64,000 nucleotides of DNA from Lytechinus pictus (lineage: Eukaryota). The position numbers were made by a program, and so were the translations under genes. The notes beneath the pieces are model-generated. The model worked only from the letters and a program-made list of their open reading frames with translations, did no database searches and was not told the DNA's origin. Positions 1-14,447 of the stretch are shown here, in pieces (the first letter of the stretch is position 1; each line of letters starts with the position of its first letter). The stretch spans positions 16,556,001-16,620,000 of the forward strand of contig NC_087252.1 of the NCBI RefSeq assembly GCF_037042905.1, given 5' to 3'.

Positions 1-639
1 CCATTTCATTTACCCCTGGAAAGCAAATAATTTAATTTCAAATTGATTAGATTCCGGAAAATACATCTTTTCATGGTAAGGACAAAGCTATTTCCAATCC
101 ATTGACGTCGTCGATATTAAAGTTGAAGATTTTGTTTGCCAACTGCGGAGAGCTCAATGTTTGCTTTATTTTTTTTTTTGAATATTCATTTTTATGTTTA
201 AATATTAATACGAATATCTGCTGGAATGTCTATTCTTATTCTCTTGGATAGCGTCAACTGATTTTCTTTTTCACTATTGTCATGGCATGGAAAAGGTCTT
301 GCGGTGAGCCCATTGTTTATCTGCATTGACTTTGCGTGTTACACGCTTAATGAGCTGCCATGCGTGTAATATAATGAAGCACACGTCTACTGGCCCGGCA
401 CACGCCGGTCGCGTGCCGCTCGACAATGCAGGCAGATGCCTGTCTGCGGAAAACCGTTTATCATTCATTCCCCTATCAAAAATGCTTCCATTTCTCAACA
501 AACACTTTACCTTTTATTACCTTTTATAACCACAAAGTATTACAATTATTAATGTAGAAGCAATTAGCGCGCTTCAGTTTGATCGTAAAATATCACCAAG
601 ATGATAAAAGGGTGTAATTATTGCCAATTTTTAAAGTTA

Positions 640-860
640 AGAGTCACGCACGGACTTCATAATCCGCGAAGTAAAAAAAGCAAATATCCTCTCACACAGT
701 ACAGGGCGTGGCTACCAGGCCAGTTGAGAGTACAGTTTGCGCATGCGTGTTAACAGTATTGAAGAGGAGACAGATTCTGCGCCGGTTTATCGCATCTCAT
801 AATATGCTACTTTTTGTGAAGTATGCCCATCGATAATTGTACGCGTCACCAACATTTCTT
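640..860 (+). promoter_or_regulatory. Candidate Dscam promoter/5' region with NRF1(P3A2)-type motif
   Basis: Locally CpG-rich stretch 300-500 nt upstream of the ATG; TGCGCATGCG at 738-747. The TSS cannot be determined from sequence. Confidence 0.35.
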
Positions 861-1173
861 ACATTTTTTTTTCTTTGATTGATCTGTTTCGTACACAAAC
901 CGCCTACGTTACACCCTTGTAACATCTTGTATCTCACTTTTAAACATTCCCGGCCCTAGAATATCAATAAATTCTGGTATTTGAACTTGACACGATCGCT
1001 GGACATTCTGTGACGGATTTCAACTCATGGAATTATATTTTACTTTTATTGCACTCGATTTGATTTAATTGGAATTTATCATCTGGAAGATACACATAGT
1101 TTTGTTTCAGAAGTTGTTTTTCTTTATTTGATTGGGATCTGATGTCTACTACGTGACCTAACCCAGCTTCGAG

Positions 1174-1210
1174 ATGAAAGAGATTTTCCTCGTCATTATC
1201 ATCTTCCATG
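1174..1210 (+). CDS. Dscam: Dscam exon 1 (coding part): signal peptide MKEIFLVIIIFH-
   Basis: ATG at 1174, then K/E and a hydrophobic run, ending G|gtaaga (phase-1 donor at 1211). Joined to the Ig1 exon it reads MKEIFLVIIIFHVSGLVVC-NKGPQF, a typical signal peptide. The link across a 33.7-kb intron is inferred. Confidence 0.8.
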
Positions 1211-3089
1211 GTAAGAACATATTTCATGTCTATTTTAATCATTTTGATGATTTTAAAGTTTATTTAGTCAGGGTGACCTCCTGTTGTATAATACCAAACA
1301 GCTGAAATGATTTATATCTTCTGAAAAGCTCATTCCCTGTGCATAGTTAACCACTGCTTTAAATGATTAAAGTTCCGTTGATGGACGATGGCACACTCTT
1401 TTAACCATTTTAGCCATCCCCAAAGTTGGTTCAAATGTGAACCTACGAACTATTGGTTAAAATTTTTTTCAATTCTTTTTACACGCAAGTTTGTTTAACA
1501 AACATTTGGTAGGTTCATACTCACATGCACTAGCTGAAAAAAAAAAAAAATCTGAGAGTGCGTGCAAAAACCTTCAAACGATTCGTTTCCCTTATGCCAG
1601 GGGAAGCTGTTGTATTTATTTTTAATCAAACAAAGATGATATTAAAAAAAAAATCAAATCATAGTTCTGTTATGCTGTGGGATGAAATGCAATCGAGAAC
1701 AAGAATAATGTTATGAATTCATATCAATGTTAACATGTTTGATGAAATACAAAACGCGTGGCATGTTAGAAAAATATGCGATGCCTTTTCTGCCATTCTT
1801 TACCTTTGCAAATCTAAAGTTTGTATCTTGTGCCTTTTCGCAATGCATTTCATCGAGGTCGGTATGATATTATTCCCCTACTATAGCCCAAGTTTCAACA
1901 CTAAGCGCTCATGTTATTTCCCTTTCCCCCACATGCAGTTAAGCGATTAAGATATCTTGACATATGATATTTTCTTCAAGTCACAAAAAAGGGATGAAAA
2001 GCCAAAGTTATACACAGTATGTTCTGTTCGCCTAAGCATTGATACATTTTGACAAAATGATTAGTAGAGCAAACACGCAGATCGTAACAATGATTCATAA
2101 AAATATTTAATCAAATCAATTGATGTACAAAATGTATGTTTGGATATAAAGTACCACATGCAGAGTATATTTTATGTAGAGAGCAATGTTAACGATAGTT
2201 GACGTAACAAAAATGAAAATGGTGATGTTGATGGTTAAAGTTGTGACGATTTTATCAGAATTATAATAGTGATTATAATAATCAATAAGATAAGGATTAA
2301 ACTTTGTTATTACACTGTGATTGTGATGTTGTTGATCATCATCATGATGATAATATAACAATACAAACCAATGATTTTGATGGTAATAGAACAAAAAAAA
2401 AAAACCTTTGTAAGATACCATTTCCAATGTAATTCTTAGAAAAAACCCAATGTAGCCACTAAGCGATGCAATAGATACGACGTGCATGAAATACACACTA
2501 ATAACATGGTTTAGATGTAAGGTAATATTCCTCTTACTCTTATAAAGTGTCCTATCGCGATACACTACAGATTCTTAATGAAATAAGAAATACATGGTCA
2601 GGGGTTCCAATTATCGATCGTTTGTTTTTAATTATGATCCCGATCTCAGAACGGGCGTGCTAGTCTATCGATAGCTAATCGATATCCAACAAGATGGTGG
2701 CTATAACTTGCTTTCCGCGAATGCGCCTCAGAATGTGCCCGCTATCGTGACGTCACCGGGCTGGTATATAGTATAATTATCTCTGTCGGAAATAAGACAA
2801 CAAATAAAGCAGGAAATTACAGTGGTCCCATAGAATCCAGCATGGCCTTCTCAATGCCATATAGAGAAACTGCCCTGGGAATCGCAAGACTCGAAGGTTT
2901 ATTGTAACTCCAAACCATATGAACAAGAAAATTAACTAGGTAAGATCAAACTACCCTTGTCTTTGGAGAGTAGGCTTCATAACGCTGCATTAAAACAAAG
3001 GGGTAAAAAATACCGTAATAATTTATTTATTTACCTTTTTTCCATTGTTTAAACAAGTGCACACCTTGTTACCAATAATGCATATAACA

Positions 3090-3223
3090 TTTCCATTTAA
3101 AGCAGGATAAAAGAGCATTGTAGATTAAATGCCTTGCTCAAGGGCATAGGTGCCGCGACCGGGGATCGAATCCAGTACTTTTCATTTATGGCTAGGCGCC
3201 TTAGACCACTCGGCCACGGCACC
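3090..3223 (-). mobile_element. tRNA-derived SINE (5' head; 3' extent uncertain)
   Basis: Minus strand reads GGTGCCGTGGCCGAGTGGTCTAAGGCG (A box)...GATTCGATCCCC (B box)...CCCTTGAGCAAGGCATTT. Confidence 0.75.
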
Positions 3224-3289
3224 TCCACATTTATTGGACTTTTGAGGTCGATGATGATAATGATGATGAGAGGAATAACAATAATGATA

Positions 3290-3298
3290 ATAATGCTG

Positions 3299-3349
<51 letters not shown>

Positions 3350-3446
3350 GCCTACTACTACTAGTTCTACTACTACTACTACTACTACTACTACTAGCCT
3401 ACTACTACTAGTTCTACTATTTCTACTGTTTCTATTCATACTACTG

Positions 3447-3500
<54 letters not shown>
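3290..3500. repeat. (CTA)n microsatellite
   Basis: Directly visible; explains the poly-L/S/V ORFs. Confidence 0.97.
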
Positions 3501-6339
3501 ACAGTACTCTTACTAGTAATGCTACTAGCTGTGATAAAGATAACAATAACAATATAATTACATAAGCACATCTTATACGTCGAAGCTTCAAATATGCAAT
3601 ATTTATTCTTTACAACAGAAAATAGTTTCAGAAATATTTCTGATCATTTTGAAAATATGGTTATATATTTGCTTGCAATTAAGCTCTTTCACTTTAATCT
3701 TAATATCCCCGGATAATGAAAAGTCCAAAAACTACTGGAACGATATAAAAAGGTATCGTTGGCAAAATATGGTGGTGGTGGTGGGGGGAGGGGATGATGT
3801 ACGAGTTAATTGCATGATTTGCACGTGTTATAAGCGAGTGTGTGTGTGCATGAGAAGTGGGGGCTGTGGTGATTTGAGTGTGTGGGAACGTGCGTGACGT
3901 GTCTCATACCACAGGGTGGTAAAGTGCGACGGGGTGTTTTTGAGAAAGAGAGAAAGTGGAAAGGGTGAGTGTGTGTGCGCGCCTGGAGATCGTCTGCGAG
4001 TGCGAGAGGGTGCTTGCGGGTGTGACGTGGGTTGGTGGGTATGTGTTTGTGAGAGAGAGAGAGAACGAGAGGGGGTGGGGGGTCTGGGTTAGGTTTAGAT
4101 TGGGAGAGAGTGGAGTTGGTAGAGGGAGCGAGATAGCAAGAGTGGGGGAGGGGAGTGTGGGGGTAGTAATGATGAGTGGGTGGGTGCCTGTATGAACACG
4201 CGTGCGTTATCCCATCTATGTGATAGCTCAGCGGGTGTGGCGGGTGTGTGTTTGAGGAAAAGAGAGAGCGGAGAAGTTAAAAAGGCGAGTGTGCGTGTGT
4301 GCGCGTTAAGGTCGTGTGCGAGGTGAGTGTGTTTTCGTGTGTGCATATTAAGATCGTTTGCAAGGTGAGTGTGTGCGTGTGCGTACGCGCGTTAAGTTCA
4401 TGTGCAAGAGAAGAGGGTGTGCGTTTGTTTGTGCGCGTGAAGATCGTGTAAATGGTTCGTTTAAAACAAGAAGGTGGGTGGGTGTGCGTTTGAGCATGCA
4501 GATGGAGAAGCATTGGAAAGAGAGGGGGAGAGAGAGAGAGAAGGAAGAAAGAGAGGGATTCAGATATTGTTATGCTGAATGGGGTATGTGCAATGATGTG
4601 TATGATTCAATTCTGTCCCCCGATCTCTTCCGTGCATGTATTCAAATCCAATTCCTCACCTTAACACTAAACCACAATCCAATAACACTCTTAAAATCTG
4701 CATTAAATAAGATTTTAAGTATATCTTAAGTGAATAAAACGATAATCTCGTCTTTACTAGATTAGTAGCGTAAAAGCACCAACTGCTAGCATATTGTCGG
4801 GCTCTGATCTTTGCTGGTTCTGTGTAATACAAAATATTGAATTATTTGTTTAATCATTTTAGTGTTGGTTTAATAGGCTTTGTAGTATTGTAGACCACCT
4901 GCTTTCGTTGTCATGGCCATATAGAATGAATATAATAATCTCTTCTCTTCGATCAATGCAGTGTGTATCTATTTTTATAGTCGTTTTTATAACAATTATT
5001 TTAAAGAGGAGAGTAAAAAATAAACAAGAAAGACACGACCTTCAGTGGGTTACCATGAAGACAAAATTTAATGCTTTCCCATTAATCATAAATTCTTATT
5101 ATATGCTATAGCTTAACGCCACATAATTTGACAACCACAAAACGGAAGAAAAAACCCAACACATTATTAGTAGCGATGAAATGTGTATAGACTCATTGGC
5201 CCGTATTCTGAAGTCGGTTTTAACTTAAACTCAGGTTTAGAGTTGTGGTTTAACTATGGAAAGCCAATTGTTACATAAATAACTAACGGTAGAGATATCA
5301 TATTTCAACTTATTTGGCTCTCAAATCATTCATAATTGTCTGTATGAATATGGATTCACGAAACACTACCATTTTAAAAAATTAGATTGCACAAAAATTA
5401 ATCTACCCAAACTGAAAAGAAAAAAATTTCAAAGATCCAGAGTTACATTCTCTTGAAACGATAATTACCATTATTGAAAACGAGCAAGGTATATTCTTCT
5501 TTGTTAAAAACGTAATAAATCCATTTATACGATGGTGGAAAACTTATGTTAATATGGTAGCGAACTGGAATCTTGTTTATTGTGTTTATGGTAACCCGGA
5601 GATGTATGACGAAACAATGTACATGTAGACCTATATAGATCTCTTAACATCTTCCTAAAATGATAATTGCCACAATTGAACAATATCATTTGCATTTTAT
5701 CTTTTCTTAAAAACGTCACGAATCAATTCGTAAGATTCTGAAACACTTATGTTAATAATGGTTGCGACTTGGAAGCTTGTTTCTTGCGATTATGGTCATC
5801 TGGGGATTTACAACGAAACAATGGGTTCCACATCGAACCAACAAGACACCATTAAACGGTTAATACCTGCTGAGGTGGAGTGTTTGTTTACGTACACTCA
5901 GATATCATTACGGCCAGCTAATGCCGCCTAACAAACAAAGAGATAGAGAGCGATCGCCTACTAATTATCCCAACTCGGAAGAATTATGAATCCATTACTC
6001 CCTAAGATCCGGCCCAAACTCTCTGTGTGTATATTATTTCTGGTGTCTGATTCCACTCAGCCCGAACCCATCACTTTTCTGCTTCATAAATTCATCATCG
6101 TAAGAGCCATTTTCCATGAAGCAAGAACATTATATTTCGCCAATAATATTAAGCTCACGGTTCTTGGGAATGTTATCGCCGAAAGAAGAAGCAATATCTT
6201 CTGACACAGCAATGTAAGAAACAAGCCTTTTTAAAATTGACGATGAATACTAAAAAGATTGTATCCCTTCATCCCAAATATATAGGTTTTTTTTTATAGT
6301 GTATGCATGGTTATACATGTACATTCGCATCAGAAGATT

Positions 6340-6730
6340 TCTGATTCTTCTGTACCCATCCTCTTCCTTCTCCGTATTCTTTTTCTGCTTCTTCTTTTTC
6401 CTCCTCCTTCTCCTCCTCTTCTTCTTCTTCTTCTCCTTCTTCTACTTTTTCTTGTTCTTCTTCTCCTTCTTCCTATTTCTTTTTCTTCTTCATCTTCTTC
6501 TTCTTCTTCTTCTCCTTCTTCCTATTTCTTCTTCTTCTTGATCTTCTTCTTGTTCTCCTTCTTGTTCTTCTTCTCCTTCTCCTTCCTGTTTTTCTTCTTC
6601 TCCTTCTTCTTCTTCTCCTTCTTCTTCTTCTTCTTCTTCCATTTCTTCTTCCCCCTGTTCTTGTTCTTCTTGTTCTATTTGTCTTGCTCTTCTTTCTTCT
6701 GTCTTCTTCTTCCTCCTCTTCTTTCTTTTT
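6340..6730. repeat. (TTC)n-rich simple repeat
   Basis: Directly visible; explains the poly-F/S/R ORFs. Confidence 0.97.
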
Positions 6731-7689
6731 CTTATATAGTATATTGTATTCCCCCTTTCCCATTGGCATCTTCATTTTTTCTTATTCTAACAGCACTCCT
6801 GGATGTCAAGTGCACCCTGGGAAAACGCCATATCAGTATAACTGAAGTCATGACGTAAACTCAAACCTTCTGCATGTTCTGAGATGAAATATATTTCTTT
6901 TTATGATAGGCATTAATTGACCGTGTTAAGCACCAGCTTTCTACAAGTTTGCGTTGCTATGTTAGAAAGATGTTGATGTTTAACTAGTTGTCCTATTGTG
7001 CGTACTGGGCAACGATGTACGTGCTAATAGACAGGAGTCTTGAAGCACAGTTAAACTTCGACATCACAGAAGTTATTATTCACCATACTAATTTTGTACG
7101 TCAGCATGTATTTTTATATCATTATTTTGTTCTAGTACAGCAATGCGTAGCAGAAAAGGTAACATGATTTCTAAAGTCAAGGGTGGGGGCAAGTGGAGGG
7201 GAAAATAAAATGAAGTGGGGGCGGGGGGGGGGAGGAGTGGGCAAGGGCAAGGGCCAGTGACAATTCCTTTATTTTTTAAGGGAAAGGGGGAGTAGAGGGC
7301 AAAGTAACAAAATATATCATGTTGGGCGTGGGAAGGGCGTTTACTTTTATATTTTCTTCATTCTTTAACACTTCTGAGGGAGCGCAACGAAAAGGGTGGG
7401 GGCAGATGCTCCACCTGTCATTCCTTGGTGCAGCAAATGATGAGCAGGATTGTTAAAGAGAGGGATTAAGAATAAGGTAACATAAAAAAAACCTCTCTGT
7501 GTAACTCTCGAGAACAGGGTGAATGGTGTACGGATTGTGAATTCAGATGATGGGCGGTCGAAATATGATAACCAAAAAAAGCCTTGATGAGGGAATAACG
7601 AGAACAAAATGAAAGCTATCATGAAATCTCATTATATAAATACTAGATCAGTATTTGGGTTATTATAACATCTCTCCCAACTACTCAGG

Positions 7690-7890
7690 CTCTTCTCCCC
7701 CCTCTCTCTCTCCATCCCATCTCCCCCCTATCCCCTCCATCTATCCCCCTCTCTCCCCTCAATCTATCCCCCTCTCTCCCCTCAATCTATCCCCCTCTCT
7801 CCCCCTCTCCCCTCAATCTATCCCCCTCTCCCCTCCATCTATCCCCCTCTCACCCCCTATCCCCTCAATCTATCCCCCTCTCTCCCCCTA
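7690..7890. repeat. C/T-rich minisatellite (~22-bp unit, cccctcaatctatccccctctc)
   Basis: Repeated atctatccccctctc units. Confidence 0.85.
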
Positions 7891-9228
7891 TTTCCCATGT
7901 TTCTATTTCTCTCTCTATATCTCTGTTTCCCTTTCTCCACCCTTCTAGAAATTCATACAAAAGGAAGCTTTCTAACATAAGAAAGCAAAACTAAAAATGA
8001 AATGTGGGATTGTCTATTCATGATATCCTCTGAACCTATAATTGAAATTAGAGGTTTAACATGTTGATAAAGGTAACTTGTCCAAAGCAAATTCCCGCTT
8101 AAGTATATTTTTGGTGATCAATTGATAATGAATGCATTTGAAAAAATAACTCAGGGCTTTTTTGCTTCATTATCATTGGAAGATATGAAAACACTATTAT
8201 ATATTCCAGATTTCCAACTAATACTTGACAAAAGTTTTATTTAGTCATATGTTGTCCCTAAAAGTAATGATTGGGGGATATAGATGATTTACTAAGGAAA
8301 ATTAGCGAAACGTATGTTACTACTATTCAAAGTGTCAAATTGGAGTCAGTGCTTGCAGACTGTTTGCCTATCTACCGCTGACAATGCCGTAGTGATTGGG
8401 AAAGACGGAAAAGGGGTATGAGAGACTGAACGCCTTACCTTAGCTTTACCTGAATTAAGATGGGGTCAAATAATTAGTCCATGGGATGGAGGGGGTAGGG
8501 GTGGGGCGCTTAGCATGTTGGTTCAACAGTGCCACTGAGAAGGTGCACGACGTTTGGTCCTGCGACAATAGCGCCGCGCTTTACTTCTACTAAGATGTAT
8601 TATTAGGGTAAGGGTTGCAATATGGTTTTCTACTATTGTAAGGGTTGGCTTTAGGCTACAGAGTTATATCCAGGGTTAAAGATAGTCATTCGATAGTGTG
8701 TGGAATTTGTCGGAGGAACAATTGTCGCCGGAGCAAATGTCATGTAACCGATAGTAGGAAGTACTACACCTATCGTTCATACGGTATATTCCTCTTCTTG
8801 AATCGGTGTCTGTACCTTTTTGTCTGCCTCCTCTATACACGCCTCGAAATGGAGGGGGAGGAGGGTGGGGCTGGGGATGGGGGGGGGGGGGGGAGGGGAG
8901 GTAGAGAGCCTACATGGGATCTGAACCCCTCCCCTCACTACTGCATGATAGCCCTCTGTGTTGAGAGGATCTTGACATTGTAATCGTAGCTGACTCAGAG
9001 GGGGAATAGTAAATCTATTACCCGCCTGAGAGGGGGATATAGCGACTCTATTACCTTATTCAAATATGACGTAGCAGTGTTTGTCCTGTGATTGGATCAA
9101 ACAAAGCGGTAAGTGGTAATGACAATACCCCCATCATCCCCTCATCTGACAAGGTATTCCGAACAGTCATGCAATCCTGTCTAGTGTCGTGTAAACCTTT
9201 CTTTAAAGGCCGCTAGTAATCTTGTCCA

Positions 9229-9436
9229 GGGGTGTTTCACAAAGATTTAAGTATGACTTAGGTCGTACTTAAATACCGACGCGTGCAAGATATGTGCAAC
9301 GCGCAATCTTATTGATTAATACGTAGTAGTGCGCGTCCTCTTCGCATGTTCTGACCAATGCGGTGATGCCTTTTATACCGCACGCAACGAGGCATTTAGG
9401 TGCGACTCATACTTAAATCTTTGTGAAACACTCCCC
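9229..9436. mobile_element. Palindromic MITE (Harbinger-like, CAG flanks)
   Basis: GTGTTTCACAAAGATTTAAGTATGA...TCATACTTAAATCTTTGTGAAACAC inverted ends; CAG on both sides. Confidence 0.8.
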
Positions 9437-10583
9437 CAGGATTCATACTAAAAAAAATAACAGTTCCTGCTAATAAAGATTATTAGGGGATTTCTGCCTC
9501 CACTACGCACGACGCATTCAAGAACATAGCAAAATTGTCAAATGCCCTTCACGGCAAAGCACAACTAAGAAGTCTTTGTCGAAAATTGGTAAATCAAAAC
9601 AACAGCTTTGTCCTGTCATCTATCATATCTATATGTTACTTATGATTTCGATATTGATGCATTTATTAATTATCGGCCAATTCCTTTGATTCTGGTATAC
9701 ACTGGTCCTACATGTAGGTAGAGGACGGTAAAACCACTCAAAGTGAAGGGTGTTGATCCATAATAAACTTAAAGTACAATTAGCTCTAATTGGTTAATGA
9801 ATTACATCAATTGCAATATTACTGGGATAATCGAAGTGTACTATTGAACTTTATCGTGCTACATTACTATTGACTGGCCACATAGTCGATATCACCATTA
9901 TGCATTATACACCTCTGTTGCCGTGGTATATTTTCATATATTGCATATGGAGAGCTTTGAGATGGTGCTGCCTCCGGGGAACTTGTTACATATCAATTGA
10001 GCGTGTATATAGCTGAAGGCATGCATTAAACGCTTATAACCCACGAGGGGGTGTTGAGATTATTTTAAAGTGTTTTTGAAGAAGGGTATGCATGCGAGAT
10101 AGTAGATCTTTATCGAGGCTCGGAAGGAAGCTATATGTACCATTTCATCCGTAAATACTGAGAAATTCACTCACAATGTGATATTTGGGGAATAGTTTAT
10201 TCATATGAACCAGTTAAAGATTAGCTCATTTTCGATGTACTTGTATGCTTTGCAGAAATAAAGCTAGTTCAGTAAGCGAGTTCATAAATACAATCTACAC
10301 AAAAGCAAATTCTGGATTACACAAATGAAATGTGGCACATGGACATGATGGGTATGCTAATATCTCTTTAAATTACCAAATGCACAGAATGAAATGTTTG
10401 CGAAACTGGACATAAAATGGGCGAAACATTTAAAACCCTCACACACGAATGCGCATTAGGTAAATTTTATGATAAAATCAAACAGCATCGGCGGATGATT
10501 GTGTCTATGGAGAGTATTGGGCTTTCAAAAAAATAAAACAAAATGTATTTCTAAAACATCATCATATCTTCATATCCATCCCA

Positions 10584-10829
10584 CACTGCAAAAACACCGG
10601 TGTTGATTTAACACCAGCCCTGAATCTATGTATGTCCACACCAGAGAAGTGTTAAACTACACCAGTTTGGTTTCGGTCTAACACCAGATAGGTGTTTATA
10701 CAACACCAATTAGTATTAAAACAACATCGATTTTTTTAAATTCAAACTGGTGTTGTTTCAATACTTCTCTGGTGTGGACATATATAGATTCCGGGCTGGT
10801 GTTAAATCAACATCTGAGTTTTTGCAGTG
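10584..10829. mobile_element. CACTA/EnSpm-like MITE with long TIRs
   Basis: CACTGCAAAAAC...GTTTTTGCAGTG termini, ~70-bp inverted arms (TGTCCACACCAGAGAAGT/ACTTCTCTGGTGTGGACA); flanks CA/TA. Diverged relatives near 34610-34830 and 47750-47965. Confidence 0.85.
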
Positions 10830-12217
10830 TATATCTCGAAGGAGGTTCAACTGATAATGATTTTTGGGGCATCATTCAATTCGCAATGGATGGGATTGAA
10901 ATATAGGCTTACCTTATATCGATATTATTTTTCGATTGAAGGTAGCGGTAAACCATATACCCTAGTGTAAAGAACACAGTGTTTCCCAGTGCGTTCAAGG
11001 TTTGTTCACAGTGTGGAACACAATGTGAGAGACTCTTCACACTGTTAACATGCTACAATTTATAATTGCAAATCCAATATGATATACGGTATGTAGTGAA
11101 ACTGTTTTTTCTCTCTCTTATCCCCAGTGTGGGTGACCCCCCTCACCCCAGTGTAGGGGTAAGGGGTTTAAAAGAGAGAACAATGAGATAGGGAGGGAGG
11201 GATCGAGAGACAAGGGGTAGGGGGGAGAGGGGGAGAGGGAAAGAGAAAAGGTAACCAGAGGGGAAGATAGCGAGAGAGAAATACCAAGAAGTGACATCAC
11301 TAATTTAGCAATGCCAATTATGTAGATTTGTGAGGAAGTATATTGATTAAAGAGCAATCTAAATAACGGACTCGAAAGCTCTTGACGGCAAGAGGGGAGA
11401 TATAATGAAGAAGAGAATCTTAATTAACATCACGAACTCTTAGACACAGCGCAGGAAACATAATGGACATGAACGAGACCACGCTGGAATGTATCGGGTA
11501 ATAATTAGTGAACAATGTGATCAAGGGGACCATTTTCATGAAACAAATAGTCAGTAATTTCCACTGACTATTGTTATAAGCTACCGAAATCCATGCTTCT
11601 GATTGGCTCAGAGCAAAAATTTCCGTGTCATGCTCCGACAACTGAACTCCTTCCTGTGTTGTCTGAATATATCAATGTTGGCCTTCATACAAAATACAAA
11701 CAATGACATATTTATTATTGGTGATATGAACGTGAAAGCAGGGCAAGAGGGATATATATTTTAGATAAGATAGTGAGAATGGAGAGAAAATTTGAGATGG
11801 ATGAACAGATGAGACGAAGAGGGAGTGGAAGGAATGACATTAATGCCGGTAAATGAAATATCAAGAAAGAAAGATATAAACATAGAAAGGAAGAAAGAAT
11901 GAAAAAAAGATTGAATACAAAAATGAAGGCAAATCTATGATCAGAGTGAACAAAAAACAGAAGAAAATAAAAGCACACTTGTTTTTGATATTCATGTTCC
12001 AATTAAAAGATTACACAATAATTATGAAATCATGAATACGTCACTATGGTCTTACTTATTATTCAAAGACCAAAATTTGCTTACTTTTCAAATTAATTTC
12101 AACCATTCTTCAAACAATCCATCTTTTGTTTCATATCCTTATAAAAAATCCGATTAATGTTTCTATTTTTTTTTCAATTTCTCTTTCAAATACATGTAAC
12201 TTTTATATGATATTTAA

Positions 12218-12820
12218 AGGACAAGTCCACCCAAACAAAAAGTTGATTTGAATAAAAAGAGAAAAATCCAACAAACATAACACTGAAAATTTCATCAAAA
12301 TCGGATGTAAAATAAGAAAGTTATGACATTTTAAAATTCCGCTTAATTTCACAAAACAGTTATATGCACATCCTGGTCGGTATGCAAATGAGGAGACTGA
12401 TGACATCATCCACTCACTTTTTCTTTTGTATTTTATTATATGAAATATGAAATATTCTTATTTTCCCCTCATTGTCAAGTGAAACAACGATTAATTCCTC
12501 CCTGAACATGTGGAATTAGCATTATTTAATACTATATGGTTCAGTCAAGTTGGTAATTATTGTCAAATCTGTAAGAAATGAAATATTGTATAATTCAAAC
12601 AATAAAACACAAAAGAAATTGTGAGTGATGGACATCATCGACCAACTCATCTGCATGTCACTGAGTTGTGCACATCACTGTTTTGTGAAACATAAGGGAA
12701 TCTTTAAAATGCCATAACTTTCTTATTCTACATCCGATTTTGATGAAATTTTCAGCATTCTGCTAGTTGGATTTTTCTCTATTTATTCAAATCAACATTT
12801 TTCTGGGGTGGACTTGACCT
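12218..12820. mobile_element. Non-autonomous DNA transposon, TTAA TSD, AGG..CCT ends (Kolobok-like)
   Basis: ttaa|AGGACAAGTCCACCC...GGGTGGACTTGACCT|ttaa; more than 100 bp of inverted arms (GAAAATTTCATCAAAATCGGATGTA / TACATCCGATTTTGATGAAATTTTC). Confidence 0.9.
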
Positions 12821-13659
12821 TTAATAATGTAAGTGAATATATAAATCTGCGCCCAGAATAAGCGATTATAATAAATAAATAAATAAATAAATAAAAGAGT
12901 TTCATACGAAGTATCTATTTTCTATTCCTGTTGTTTTCTTGTCCAATACAGCCCTGAAGACTATTGCCACAAATTTATTTTACTTTCATTTTCTATTTTT
13001 AGTAACTGCTTAATATCGTTGTGAGAACATTAGACAAAAAAAATAGTCCCTAAAACGAGGGATGAGCTTAAACATCGTCCTATATCATAAAAAAAATCAT
13101 CTGGATTTCAACAGAATGACTGATTTGACAGAAGACTAGATCAACAAGAAAATGATAAGGAATGAATATCATATAGAGCATTAATGAGTAGGGGAATTAT
13201 ATCACACGGTCAACAGTGCAATAAATCTCTATATGCATTCTATAATATGCAGTACAGAACTGAACAAAAACGTAAAGCGCCCAACAACAGAAGAAAAAAA
13301 CGTCCCGGGACATAAATATTAAAATGATGCATTTGACAGGAGAACCGTCATACTTTGGTACTATCAACCATTCCTCATCCCAGCCAATCTAAAATGAAGA
13401 TTAGAAGACTATATGCTCAGAAGGCAATATTAATTACTATCTCCCGCCCTGACAGCCAAGCATCAGCTTACAAACGATCATCATCGTGATCATAATGAAA
13501 AATTCTTTCTCTTTCACGCTGATGGTTGGAATGTGAGTAATATATGGGATGGAAGGGATGGTTTCAGTTCTATCGACCATTCTCACAGATGTAGTTGTAG
13601 TTATCTGAAATATACCATTTCATTTTTTACGAATCTAGAGTTATTTGCTTGAAGTATAC

Positions 13660-13832
13660 TTCTACCATGACTACGAAGACGACGACAGCTGCGACGACTA
13701 AAACGACGATTACGATGATGACAGTGATTATCAGTATAACAACAGCAACAACTACAACAATAACAACAACTATTACTTCTGCTACAACAAAAACAACAAC
13801 AACAATCACCACTACTGCTACTACTACTACTG

Positions 13833-13865
<33 letters not shown>

Positions 13866-13915
13866 TTTCTACTACTTCTACTTCTACTACAACTACTACT
13901 GCTACTACTTTACTA
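13660..13915. repeat. (ACA/CTA)n trinucleotide tract
   Basis: Directly visible; explains the poly-T ORF. Confidence 0.95.
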
Positions 13916-14283
13916 CCATTCTATATGTGTAACTTGTCTTTCTATTACTTCTGCTTATTCTAGGTTGGGAGGGAGAGTGGGCAATATTGAGCAGGGCTAC
14001 ATTTTTTAAGTAAAAGTGTCTTTCACCTTTTTTTTTAAGTGATCACAAAACTTTGGTCATTTTCGTAGTAAAAAAAAACTCAGGTAGTTAGATTAGTGAG
14101 CTGGTTACATTGAAAAATACGACCAGGCAAAAGTGTGATTTCAGATTTGTATATAGTTTGCGGACAAAAAACATATTGATGATAATGATGTTGATGGTAA
14201 AAATGGTGGTCTTCCGTGTACCCCTGCCCATATCAATGAAATATCCTTGTGGTGTTATTCGTTGCTGTTGGTAGTATTTAATA

Positions 14284-14447
14284 CAGGGGCCGCGGAACGG
14301 TTTTCAAAGTGGGGGGGGGGGGCTGACCATGCAAAAAATCATGATCGTATATGGTAATTTTACGTTTTTGTACATGGTTTTGGGCAAAAAAATTAGGGGG
14401 GGGGCTGAAGCCCCCCAGCCCCCCCCCCCCCGCTTCTGCGGCCCCTG
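14284..14447. mobile_element. Short MITE with CAGGGGCCGC TIRs
   Basis: taata|CAGGGGCCGCGGAA...TTCTGCGGCCCCTG|taata; internal poly-G/poly-C. Confidence 0.85.

Noticed and set aside
6299..6858. Poly-F/L/S/R ORFs
   Set aside because: (TTC)n simple repeat.
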